IMG/VR virus record: IMGVR_UViG_3300020413_000039
Location: 1 to 32,556 of that record
Length of the DNA: 32,556 nt
Source of the DNA: a virus
Taxonomy: Duplodnaviria; Caudoviricetes
Direction: 5' to 3' (one strand)
Positions within the stretch are counted from its first letter, which is position 1. Each line of letters begins with the position of its first letter. Below are positions 18,099-27,623 of the stretch, one piece after another. The position numbers and the translations under genes are program-made. A model generated the notes under the pieces. The model was not told the DNA's origin and did no database searches. It saw only the letters and a list, made by a program, of their open reading frames with translations.

Positions 18099-19778
18099 TT
18101 ATGCAGTGCTATTCTCCAAGATACTTGCAATTAATTCCATTTCTAATGGTGCAAAATATCCACCTGAATAACTTTCACCAACGTTAACTACAAATGTATT
18201 AGAAGTATTGTAACTATTATTTTGTGCCCCACCAGAAACAGTAAGTTCAGCATCTGAGGCAGGATCTGTAACACGAGGATAACCATGTTCTGTTTCTCTA
18301 TTGTCCATCGAACAAGTAAAGATAATTCCGTTGTCTATAATTCTTATTTTATCTCCGTTTGAAAGATTATGTGCAGATTGTGTTGTAATTAAAAGTTCTC
18401 CAGCTCTTAAATCATATGTTTCTACAATTTGTTGATCAGGATCTCTTGAAGAACCACCACCAAAATATACCGCACGGTCAACATTATATCTTGTTCCAAC
18501 TTTAAAGATATTGTTCGATAATGAATTTGCTTGATTATAAGTATGAACTGAAGTATCTGATGAAGTTCCAATAAAAACAGTAACCCGATTAATATTTTCA
18601 ACTGATGCCCTTAATATTTTACCGTAAGCATAATCTGGTTTTCCAGCATTTTGACTCTGACCAGAATTTCTTGGATATTTTTTAACAGCACTATTACCAT
18701 CAAGTTGACAAGTAAATGCAAATCCCTCTTTTTCAAGTCTTACAGAATCACCATCAGTAAATCCGTGTGATGGTAAACAAACACTTAAATTACCAGTACT
18801 AGGAGCATATGTAGTTCCTTCTGGTGCTGCAATTGTGATAGTTGGTGCAGAGGTATAACCACTTCCACCACTTACACTTATCTGTGTAATCACATCATTT
18901 GTAATAGTTACGGTTGCAGTGCCACTACTTCCTCCACCACCAGATATAGTTACTGTTGGTGAAGCAACATATCCCATACCACCATCTGTTATGGTTAGAT
19001 TACCAGTTAATGCACCAGCACTTATATTAGATAATGATGCAGTTGCTGTCGCAGTAGTTCCCGCTGATGAACTTTTCTTATTATATCCTGTAGGTGAACC
19101 TGATGCTGTTACAACTTCAACAGCAAGGGGTTTAGATCTTGCATAGTAATGGATTGCTGAATTATAGTAATGAGAATAATCTTTACCACTGACTCCAACA
19201 GGAACTGATCCACCAATATGAGAAGTAAATGTTTTTGAAGTACCAACAAATCCTTGAATAGATTCGACTGTATATGATTGAGGTGGATCTGGGAATATAT
19301 TTGTAGTAATACCTGTTTGTCCTGGTTTACAGGTAAGAGCGATTCCAGTAAGAGTGATTGGATCACCAGCTTTAAATGGATGAGGTTCTTTTGTGTTTAT
19401 AGTAACGATACCCGTCGGTTCATCATAATCTACAAAGGTTATAATACCAACCTGTTGTTGAACTCCTTCGATGAAAAGTTTATCTAAAATTAAAGGGGTT
19501 TTTTCAAGAACCAATCTACCATCTACTATTATTGCAGCATCATTTGGTGGAACCTCTACATTTTTTATTACTCTAATTTCTCTTTTATTACCTGTGCTTC
19601 TTTGTGTTCTCTGTTGAGTAAATGTGACTTTTGGAAATGTTGTACCAGCACCAACGTTAGCTACCTGAAGATATAATAAAAGTGCAGAAGTTCCAGTTGG
19701 TACCTCATAAAGTTTTTGTTTACCAACTGAGACAGGAACTGCTACAGATATAAATTTATTGACTGGTGCTATCGCCAT
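18099..19778 (-). CDS. Virion structural protein with three internal beta-domain repeats
   Basis: Three copies of Y...G...(HPF/HGF/HNL)..GD.(I/V)......(L/F)TC, plus an ITDGGMGY...PTVTISGGGG...GSGYTSAPTITI motif typical of cyanomyovirus structural proteins. Confidence 0.7.
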   Translation of the reverse strand: MAIAPVNKFISVAVPVSVGKQKLYEVPTGTSALLLYLQVANVGAGTTFPKVTFTQQRTQRSTGNKREIRVIKNVEVPPNDAAIIVDGRLVLEKTPLILDKLFIEGVQQQVGIITFVDYDEPTGIVTINTKEPHPFKAGDPITLTGIALTCKPGQTGITTNIFPDPPQSYTVESIQGFVGTSKTFTSHIGGSVPVGVSGKDYSHYYNSAIHYYARSKPLAVEVVTASGSPTGYNKKSSSAGTTATATASLSNISAGALTGNLTITDGGMGYVASPTVTISGGGGSSGTATVTITNDVITQISVSGGSGYTSAPTITIAAPEGTTYAPSTGNLSVCLPSHGFTDGDSVRLEKEGFAFTCQLDGNSAVKKYPRNSGQSQNAGKPDYAYGKILRASVENINRVTVFIGTSSDTSVHTYNQANSLSNNIFKVGTRYNVDRAVYFGGGSSRDPDQQIVETYDLRAGELLITTQSAHNLSNGDKIRIIDNGIIFTCSMDNRETEHGYPRVTDPASDAELTVSGGAQNNSYNTSNTFVVNVGESYSGGYFAPLEMELIASILENSTA

Positions 19779-19779
19779 T

Positions 19780-22700
19780 TTAGTTTAATGCTAATATTAG
19801 AGGAGTAAGTTGTGCTTGAATCGCTCTGTTGAAATCTCTTCCACGAATAGTTGAAGTTGTTTGGTCTATGGTAAGTCCATCACCAATACGGAAATTACCC
19901 TTTTGGTCTGTGCTTGTAAACGGAACTTGACCTCCGTTAATTGCAACTACCTCATTTTCAGGTATAGGAGCTCCTGCCTGGAATGGGTTAGCTGTATTTA
20001 TGTCTGTACCTGCACCGATATATTCAAATGAATGTGAACTAGTGATGATGCGACTCAATCTAACAAATTCAACTGTCACACCAGACGTAATTGGATATGG
20101 AATAAACTCATTAAACACGACAGTTGATAAACCAACCACTGCTGATGTTTCAGTTGCTTCACTGACAGTAAATAATATTGGATCCATATCAACCACTAAC
20201 TGAGCTGATCCACCACCAGAAATATTTACATTCAACGTCTGGTCTGGTAAAAAATTACGACCACTGTTTATTATATCAATTGATGTAATAGTTCCTGCTG
20301 CACTGACATTAGGAGAAAATTCAGGTAATATTGATTCAGGACCATTAGGCGGTTCACTCAGTGTAACTATAGGAGGAGCAGCAGCAGTATAATCACCATC
20401 ATTACCACCATTTACAACTCTTATTCCTCTCACTAATTCTAATGGTTTAGTAATTGATGATGTGGAAGAACTATCAGCATAATTATTCATATTCAAATGA
20501 AAATATGCTCCTTGTCCATCAAAAGGAGTTCGAGGATTATTTGACATATCTTTTGTATTTGTAGATATAATTCGATCAGCACCACCTATTGTTGATGTGG
20601 ATGTAGTTCCATCAAATTCTATATCACCAAATCCATCTGCCATCAATCCAAGTCTACCAAAAGATGAGTTTGAGTTTGTCAAATCACATTGTCCACCAGA
20701 TGTTGCAGCAATACCTATATCAGAACAAATTGTAAATATAGAAACTAATTGTGCATAAGCATTGTTTGATAATGATACACCAATACCTGCTTCATTATAT
20801 TGTGTAAATGAATCACATACCATTGATTTTAAATCTTGACCCAAATCATTTGTACCTGTGAAAGCAGCATCTGCATGATCTCCATTAATTTTCATACCAA
20901 TACTTTTTGACATGAAATTGGTACAGTTACGAACATAAGGTGAACGCCACCTTCCAGCAGAACCCTCATTTGCTGGTCCTAAATCAGTAAAACCAGTTAC
21001 TGCTTGGAAAGCAAATCCAGCAGATACATCAGCAGCGGTAGGTGGAAATGCTACAGCACCACAATTAGAATGATCATCATTAATATTAGCACCTGTAAAA
21101 CTTAAATTCTCGATTAAACATCCTCTTCTAACGTGGAAGAAATCCTTATTTTTATTTTCTGGTACCAATAAAACTAATCTTAAGTCTTCACCATTTATAG
21201 CAACATCATCTCTTAAACCAATAGGATTATTTTCAAGATAAGTTCCAGATCTTACTCTTATTGTATCTCCCTGCTGTGCAATCGCTGCAGCAGCTCCTAT
21301 TGTATATTTTGAATCACCCTCTAATAATCCACTATTCGTATCACAACCATTTTTTGTAACCCATATAGTTCTCTTTGTTTGAACTCCAGATGGTCTCCAA
21401 GAAACACCCATTCCTACACCACTCGTATCAAATGATGATAAACGATAATCAGTCTTACATATTCCTACCCCGTTATTACCAAAGAAATCAATGATGCGTT
21501 TATCTAATTCTAAATCACCCGTTATTTTTGCATCTCCTGCTACATCAAGATTTTCACCTATAAAAACATTTTTGCCAATTCCCACACCACCATCTATGAC
21601 AGCAGCACCAGTTATTACACTTGTAGACTGTGTTTGATCGTCTACATCTAATCTTCCTGTAATGACTGTATTTTGTCCAACGTTCAAATTAAGAGCAATT
21701 CCAACACCACCATCTACTACAGCAGCACCAGTTGCAATATTGGTTGATTGTGTAGTATCATCTACATCGAGTCTTCCCTTAATTACTGCATTTACACCAA
21801 CATTTAAATTTTTCTCAATTCCAACACCACCTTCAACTACTAATGCACCTGTGTCTTTATCTGTACTATCTGTTGTTCCTAAAATTTTAGTATCATCACC
21901 GACAAATAATTTTTTAACAATTCCAACACCACCATCTATTTGAACTGATGCAGACGTTGTGCTTGATGCATCTAACGTACTGTTGAATGTGGTATTTCCA
22001 TCTACATCGAGAGTGTTGTTTAGTGTAGTAGCACCATTAACATCCAACTGAACTCCAACAAAGAGAGTGGATCCATTGAAAGTTAAATTAGCATCATCTT
22101 CTATCTCCCCACCAGCTCCAGCAATAACAACACGATCATTTGTTAAGTCTTCTACTTTGAAAGTATTTGCCTGACCACCAGCATTTATGTCAAGAAGACC
22201 ATCAGTGGTGGTTGCTTCAAGTGTAGTACTACCATCTACATTAAAATCAGAATCAAAATCAACATCACCAGTTGCATGTACAGTTCCAGTTATGTCTAAT
22301 TGAGTAGAAGGATTATTATTGTTGATACCAACTTTAGACATCCTATAGATGTCATTTGAACCAACATATCCCCATAAATCTTTGGTTTGTATATCTACTA
22401 TTTGAGTTGGGTTTGATGGATTCGGTATAGGTACTAAAGTATCATGACCAGTACCTAGACTGTCTATCTGTTTAAAATTAAAAACTGTGAATGATTGTGC
22501 AGCACCAACTAGAGGAATATATTGACCTTCATCTTGAACAAATACACCTTCAGTAAATGATGGTTCAAAAGACACCCATCGAATACCAACTTCATCACGA
22601 TTTAAGAAGAATCCATTTCCACCAGGTGATCCAGCAGAATCATAAATATTTCTCGCTATATGAATACTTCCATCAACATCTAATTTTAATTCTCCTTGTG

Positions 22701-23358
22701 TACTACCATCATACAATGTATTGTTCTTAGCCCAATCACCACCAACACTTGTAGTACCAATACCAACTGTTCCTATTCCAGTGACTACAAAACTATCATT
22801 ACCCTGATTTATTTGGAATTTATCTACAGGTTGAGTAGTCCCAATACCCACATGACAATCATTAGTAACAATAAGACAATTACTATCTACCTGAAATTTT
22901 CCTACAGGTTGAGTGGTTCCAATACCTACAGCACCTAAATCAGTAACATTAAAAGAAGTTTCACCAACACCTACTTGAAATCTATTATCAGGTTGAGTTG
23001 TACCAATACCAACTCGACCTCCAACTTGACCATCTAAGTCAGATGTGCTTGATATTGCAACAAATACTGTACCAGCAGCACCAACATTATGTCTTTGAAA
23101 AACAGTTAGGTAATCAGTTTCAATGTCAAAGTGAAATGATGTGCCAATGAAAGTTGATAGTCCACTTACAAATAAATTTTCGTTGATTGTGACATTTTCA
23201 AAATCAACATTAGTAAAATCTATATCTGAAGCATCTATATCAGCATATAGTGTCCCGTAAACATAAACATCATCCAAGAATTCGGTTTTTTCACCAAACT
23301 GATTTGCATCCGAATTATAACCTGGATTTGTAACTTGACCTTTTTTAAATCCTGGCAT
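19780..23358 (-). CDS. Tail fibre / structural protein with repeat shaft and C-terminal beta-helix-like domain
   Basis: GIGTTQP repeats and GGVGI repeats. The C-terminal domain shares motifs with the 1958-aa protein (KSMV..FT, TNSNS.FG, H.FEY.G.G, KG.F.IG). Confidence 0.78.
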   Translation of the reverse strand: MPGFKKGQVTNPGYNSDANQFGEKTEFLDDVYVYGTLYADIDASDIDFTNVDFENVTINENLFVSGLSTFIGTSFHFDIETDYLTVFQRHNVGAAGTVFVAISSTSDLDGQVGGRVGIGTTQPDNRFQVGVGETSFNVTDLGAVGIGTTQPVGKFQVDSNCLIVTNDCHVGIGTTQPVDKFQINQGNDSFVVTGIGTVGIGTTSVGGDWAKNNTLYDGSTQGELKLDVDGSIHIARNIYDSAGSPGGNGFFLNRDEVGIRWVSFEPSFTEGVFVQDEGQYIPLVGAAQSFTVFNFKQIDSLGTGHDTLVPIPNPSNPTQIVDIQTKDLWGYVGSNDIYRMSKVGINNNNPSTQLDITGTVHATGDVDFDSDFNVDGSTTLEATTTDGLLDINAGGQANTFKVEDLTNDRVVIAGAGGEIEDDANLTFNGSTLFVGVQLDVNGATTLNNTLDVDGNTTFNSTLDASSTTSASVQIDGGVGIVKKLFVGDDTKILGTTDSTDKDTGALVVEGGVGIEKNLNVGVNAVIKGRLDVDDTTQSTNIATGAAVVDGGVGIALNLNVGQNTVITGRLDVDDQTQSTSVITGAAVIDGGVGIGKNVFIGENLDVAGDAKITGDLELDKRIIDFFGNNGVGICKTDYRLSSFDTSGVGMGVSWRPSGVQTKRTIWVTKNGCDTNSGLLEGDSKYTIGAAAAIAQQGDTIRVRSGTYLENNPIGLRDDVAINGEDLRLVLLVPENKNKDFFHVRRGCLIENLSFTGANINDDHSNCGAVAFPPTAADVSAGFAFQAVTGFTDLGPANEGSAGRWRSPYVRNCTNFMSKSIGMKINGDHADAAFTGTNDLGQDLKSMVCDSFTQYNEAGIGVSLSNNAYAQLVSIFTICSDIGIAATSGGQCDLTNSNSSFGRLGLMADGFGDIEFDGTTSTSTIGGADRIISTNTKDMSNNPRTPFDGQGAYFHLNMNNYADSSSTSSITKPLELVRGIRVVNGGNDGDYTAAAPPIVTLSEPPNGPESILPEFSPNVSAAGTITSIDIINSGRNFLPDQTLNVNISGGGSAQLVVDMDPILFTVSEATETSAVVGLSTVVFNEFIPYPITSGVTVEFVRLSRIITSSHSFEYIGAGTDINTANPFQAGAPIPENEVVAINGGQVPFTSTDQKGNFRIGDGLTIDQTTSTIRGRDFNRAIQAQLTPLILALN
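21555..21975 (-). repeat. Four tandem 34-40 aa fibre-shaft repeats
   Basis: ASVQIDGGVGIVKKLFVG / GALVVEGGVGIEKNLNVG / GAAVVDGGVGIALNLNVG / GAAVIDGGVGIGKNVFIG. AATTCC(A/C)ACACCACC recurs at 102, 120 and 120-nt spacing. Confidence 0.85.
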
Positions 23359-23897
23359 CAGCCGAACCCTCCAGAAGAAAATGCATTAGTAACAACATCT
23401 TGTCCAACTTTTGTTCCAGCAAATGTACGTGCACCAAAAGTAACACCTCTGGGTGCAAGGTTTCCTGTCAAAGCATTTGTATTTAAATTTGGAGTGTCTA
23501 GAAATATACTATTCGATCCAATCAATGTTAAATTTTTTGAAGATTTTACAACAAGATTATTATCTGCTTCTACTGTTATATTTGTACCTTTTATTAATAT
23601 ATCACCATTCTGTTCAGCAGTTATTGTGACATCACCATTTTTTCCAACAATATTAACACAGGTTCCACCCTGTTTAGTTACTCCACCAACAATTGTTAAA
23701 CAATCATCATTAAAGATATTCATCTGACCATCTTCAGTCATTCCCCACAAACCAGTCTGGTTATTCTGCTCCATGATTTGTTGGTACACACTTCCACCAC
23801 CAAAACCAACAGTGGGATTACCCGTGTTAACTCTGAAATTGGGTCTTTCATCAAAGTCCCATAAAGCCCAATTTTGAAGATCTGGATTTATTGCCAT
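23358..23897 (-). CDS. Spike beta-helix-like protein (gp5 C-terminal-like)
   Basis: Approximately 8-residue periodic strands (GDVTITAE/GDILIKG/NITVEAD/NLVVKSS/NLTLIGS) directly downstream of gp5. Confidence 0.55.
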   Translation of the reverse strand: MAINPDLQNWALWDFDERPNFRVNTGNPTVGFGGGSVYQQIMEQNNQTGLWGMTEDGQMNIFNDDCLTIVGGVTKQGGTCVNIVGKNGDVTITAEQNGDILIKGTNITVEADNNLVVKSSKNLTLIGSNSIFLDTPNLNTNALTGNLAPRGVTFGARTFAGTKVGQDVVTNAFSSGGFG

Positions 23898-23922
23898 AGT
23901 TATATTCTCGTATTAATATTTA

Positions 23923-26295
23923 TTAGTAACCATACCCACCGCCACCTGATGGAGGAGAACTAGGTGGTGAAGATGGAGGAGAACTAGGTGGACTCTCTGG
24001 AGGATCCATAGATGGAGTGCTTGGAGTTGAAGTATCTGTTGTTTCAGTTACAGGTGATGACTGCTGTAAAGTAACTGTTGTGGAGGTAGAGACTCTTGCA
24101 GTTGACGATCTACTTTCTGCTGGTGTGTCATAAATTGTCGAATGAGCAGTAGTAGTATGAGCAGCACCAACCATCTTTGCACCTGTAGTGGGATGAACGT
24201 GGAAAGATCCATAATAAGGTTCACCATTAATATATCCTACAATACCATCTCTCGGAGTGATACAATCAATAACTTGTTTTGTCTCACCTTGATATGATGG
24301 TCTCGGAGCAATTTGTGGTTTTATAATTGCACCAAATCCAGTAGTTGATTCAATGAATAATTTTGGAAATCCACCTACAGGTACAGGTACAACATTAAAT
24401 AATGCTGCATTAGGTGGTATTACATTTAATATTCGTCCTTGTTCATCTAAAATCTTTTCATATTCATTTCCAACATTATCGGTAATTCTATCATTTGCAG
24501 TATAATTTTCACCTGGATTGATAACTGCAACATGATCAACTGTATATTCATTATCATTAGAATTTTCATCAATTACAGGATAATTTTCACCAGGTGTTAC
24601 AACGTAAACATCAATTACTTGTTGATATGTTGGTGACGATGGATCATAATCAATCACTGCTCTTGCATGTGCACCATATCCCTGATCACAATTATCAGTG
24701 ACTTCAACTAAAGGAGGAACAGTATATCCTTGACCTGGATTCGTTAATTTAATTCCAATAAGACTACCAGTTTGTTGTGCAAATGCATCACCCACCAAAG
24801 CTCCTATAATTGGTTCTGCCAATGAACCTTCACCATCTGCTCCAAATAATTTTATCTGCACCCCTCTACAATTTGATGGAGGAGATGCTTTACAATCTCC
24901 AGTGTAATTAGGATCACTAACATCACTATTCATAAAATCAAATTGACCAAATCCAAGTAATGAACCAGCGATACCACCAGGTGCAGCTGCTGCTTCCTGT
25001 AATGATTGAGCAGCATTAGCAGCTGCCATTATCATTTCACCTGTTACACCTGGTGCATTCAAAGGACCCTTTCCTAAACCCCAAAGACCAGTTTTCATAT
25101 TTGCTGTACCTGGTGCAACACATTTAATTGCCTCCTGTATTCCAAGTAATCCCTCTGCCTTTCCTCTCAAATCATTTACTAAATTAAATCCTCCCAATAT
25201 CTTACCAACACCACCTAACTCAGGACCGAGAGCATCACCTATACCATTCACAATTTTGTTAAAAATTGCTCCTGTAAACTGCTCAGACATACAAGCAGTT
25301 GAATTTTGAACATTATCCAAATATGACGTTAGTAATGATCTTACATCACCCAACATAGTATTACCAACTGCCTCCATCACGCAAGGAAATTTCTTTTGTA
25401 ATGCTGCTACAGGATTTACCATTGCTGTTTGTGCTGCTTTACCTGCTTTTTTTGCAATCGCTGTGTTTTGTGTTGCTGCGAGCACAGTCGCAAATACATT
25501 TGAATATAATAAATCAAGTCCAGAATTTAATTTTGGAATGAGAGATGTCATTGCAGTTTTTGTTAAATCACTAGTAAATGAATTTGATATACTCGTAATT
25601 TTCTTAGAATAATTTGATATTATTTCATTTTTTTTAGAACCTATTGCATTTGCGTATGATGGTACAGCGTTCTTTAAATTATTTGATATTGCAGTTTGTG
25701 CTGGTGTTCCAGCAAAAGATACAACTTGACCCATTGCATCTGATGTTGATCGAAACTCTATACCTGTTTGTTGTTTTAGATTATCAATTAATTTTTTGTC
25801 TGCATTGATAACTGGTGAATTTGTAGATGTACTATCATCACCAGATTCATTTTTTATAATTCTCTTATTTTCAGGTGTTGTTTCTGGTGTATATCCAGAG
25901 AAAGGGGTAAAAGGTGATGGTGGTTCTTTGTTAACAACATACTTTGAATTACCTATTACACCAAAGATGACTGGTTGTTGTGCATCATCTCCATCTAAAA
26001 AGAAACCAACAACAATATCACCTTGTGTAACACGAATTTTCTTTTTTGTTCCTCCTTTTCCTGAACCGTGATTAGTAGGAAGTAAAACAGTTGCCCAAGG
26101 TAAATCTTCATCAGCAAGTTCAATAGTATTTTGAGGATGATACCCCATAATACGAACTTTTACACGATTACCCCAAGCATCTGGTCTTTTATTAAATTGA
26201 AGTGCCCAACTTTTCGCAGGTGGTATTTGACCAATCCACCAACGGAATCCATCCTTACCTAGAAAATTACTTTTTAAGAGAAGATTTTCAATCAT
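23923..26295 (-). CDS. gp5: Baseplate central spike protein gp5 (N-terminal OB-fold)
   Basis: FLGKDGFRWWIGQI, RVKVRIMGYH, LPWA and GDIVVGFFLDGDDAQQPVIFG match the gp5 OB-fold signature. Confidence 0.88.
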   Translation of the reverse strand: MIENLLLKSNFLGKDGFRWWIGQIPPAKSWALQFNKRPDAWGNRVKVRIMGYHPQNTIELADEDLPWATVLLPTNHGSGKGGTKKKIRVTQGDIVVGFFLDGDDAQQPVIFGVIGNSKYVVNKEPPSPFTPFSGYTPETTPENKRIIKNESGDDSTSTNSPVINADKKLIDNLKQQTGIEFRSTSDAMGQVVSFAGTPAQTAISNNLKNAVPSYANAIGSKKNEIISNYSKKITSISNSFTSDLTKTAMTSLIPKLNSGLDLLYSNVFATVLAATQNTAIAKKAGKAAQTAMVNPVAALQKKFPCVMEAVGNTMLGDVRSLLTSYLDNVQNSTACMSEQFTGAIFNKIVNGIGDALGPELGGVGKILGGFNLVNDLRGKAEGLLGIQEAIKCVAPGTANMKTGLWGLGKGPLNAPGVTGEMIMAAANAAQSLQEAAAAPGGIAGSLLGFGQFDFMNSDVSDPNYTGDCKASPPSNCRGVQIKLFGADGEGSLAEPIIGALVGDAFAQQTGSLIGIKLTNPGQGYTVPPLVEVTDNCDQGYGAHARAVIDYDPSSPTYQQVIDVYVVTPGENYPVIDENSNDNEYTVDHVAVINPGENYTANDRITDNVGNEYEKILDEQGRILNVIPPNAALFNVVPVPVGGFPKLFIESTTGFGAIIKPQIAPRPSYQGETKQVIDCITPRDGIVGYINGEPYYGSFHVHPTTGAKMVGAAHTTTAHSTIYDTPAESRSSTARVSTSTTVTLQQSSPVTETTDTSTPSTPSMDPPESPPSSPPSSPPSSPPSGGGGYGY
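23948..23991 (-). repeat. 20-bp direct repeat (24-bp period) encoding the PPSS tail of gp5
   Basis: GATGGAGGAGAACTAGGTGG at 23948-23967 and 23972-23991. Confidence 0.9.
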
Positions 26296-27620
26296 TTATC
26301 CTTTTTACCCGTAGTATCTCTAATCAATTTCAATTTTGTAAATGAACCTTTATTATCATAATAATGTACTAGTTCCTTAATCATATATAGACCGCTTTGT
26401 TCATCATCTCTTACTTTAACATCATTTGTCGTAATTTTTGCAAAGTTCATTTGAATAATACTTCCAGCAGTGAGTTGAGTATTCAATGGAATAGTTGCTG
26501 AAAGAATTTGAGTAAAGATTGTATTATATCTCATCATCGCTTGTGAATGATATTCCATAGGATCAGCATTTTTCTCTCTTGATTTTGCCTCTTTCTTCTC
26601 AGTAATTCCAAAATCTAAAACACCTGTCATATACCTACTTGGAACATCACCCAAACTTTTATTTGATTTATCCACTGGTGGTAATAATATTTCAAAGTCT
26701 TTTCCAAGATTTTCCATTTTTTTAGCATATTGGGAAACTTTGAATTGACCTTGTTGAGGTGTAGTGAAGGTACTATCAATAGGATTATAATACATTCGAT
26801 AAGTACAATATGCACCCTTTTCTAAATTTTCAATCATTTTTTGATTTCTTATTGTACTGAATTCTAAAATTTTATAATCCTTCATAGGATCTTGAGTATC
26901 TACAATACCAGGTGTATAATTATATTCAGTTGGAAATGGATCTTGATTTATCAAACTATCAACTGATCTAAAATGATATCCCAAATAACTTTCATAGAAA
27001 AAATAACCTGCAGTTGCACTACCACCCGACACATTACCTGGCACAGATTTTGTTGCTAACCATGTTAATAAGGTAAATGGTTTTTTCAAATTACCTATAA
27101 AACCATAAGGATTTTGCGTCTCATCAACATCTACATTTTTATCAGACAGTAAATATTTTTTAATTATTTCTTTTACACTATCAGATATAGGTTCCGATGA
27201 TGGAAATTTTTTACCTACTCTTGATGTTTCATTTGTTATCGCCTCTCTTGAAACCAAATTTATTGTGAATGTTTCTCTCTCAGCATCAACTAAAACATTA
27301 GTAATTGATGCAACATATAGTTCATTATCATTTTGTTCAGTAAATTCTAATCCTGGTCCATCACCTGTTGCAGGAATTTTTATACTTACTTTTTCACCAC
27401 CATTTAATGGTAGACCATTATACACTGAACTTATTTCATCATCTTCATCATTAATAACATTACCTGTATTCACAATTATTGCTTGTGCAGTAATCATAGG
27501 AGATAATACATTTTCAAAATAACTGAAAGTAATAACACCTGATGACAAATCAACAGTTTTTGAACCATCATTTGATCTTATCTCAAATATTTCATATAAA
27601 CTTTTATCTTGTGCTGCCAT
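26292..27620 (-). CDS. Baseplate hub protein (gp27-like)
   Basis: Directly upstream of gp5 with an ATGA overlap. Motifs YFENVLSP.ITA, LPLNGGEKV, GYFFYE...GYHFRSVDSL, IPLN..L.AG..I and SGLYMIKELVH are typical of hub proteins. Confidence 0.68.
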   Translation of the reverse strand: MAAQDKSLYEIFEIRSNDGSKTVDLSSGVITFSYFENVLSPMITAQAIIVNTGNVINDEDDEISSVYNGLPLNGGEKVSIKIPATGDGPGLEFTEQNDNELYVASITNVLVDAERETFTINLVSREAITNETSRVGKKFPSSEPISDSVKEIIKKYLLSDKNVDVDETQNPYGFIGNLKKPFTLLTWLATKSVPGNVSGGSATAGYFFYESYLGYHFRSVDSLINQDPFPTEYNYTPGIVDTQDPMKDYKILEFSTIRNQKMIENLEKGAYCTYRMYYNPIDSTFTTPQQGQFKVSQYAKKMENLGKDFEILLPPVDKSNKSLGDVPSRYMTGVLDFGITEKKEAKSREKNADPMEYHSQAMMRYNTIFTQILSATIPLNTQLTAGSIIQMNFAKITTNDVKVRDDEQSGLYMIKELVHYYDNKGSFTKLKLIRDTTGKKDK

Positions 27621-27623
27621 GTC

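Noticed and set aside
3025-23358. Diversity-generating retroelement or invertase-driven fibre switching
   Set aside because: No reverse transcriptase or recombinase ORF, and I saw no TR/VR pair or inverted cassette. A self-dotplot would confirm.
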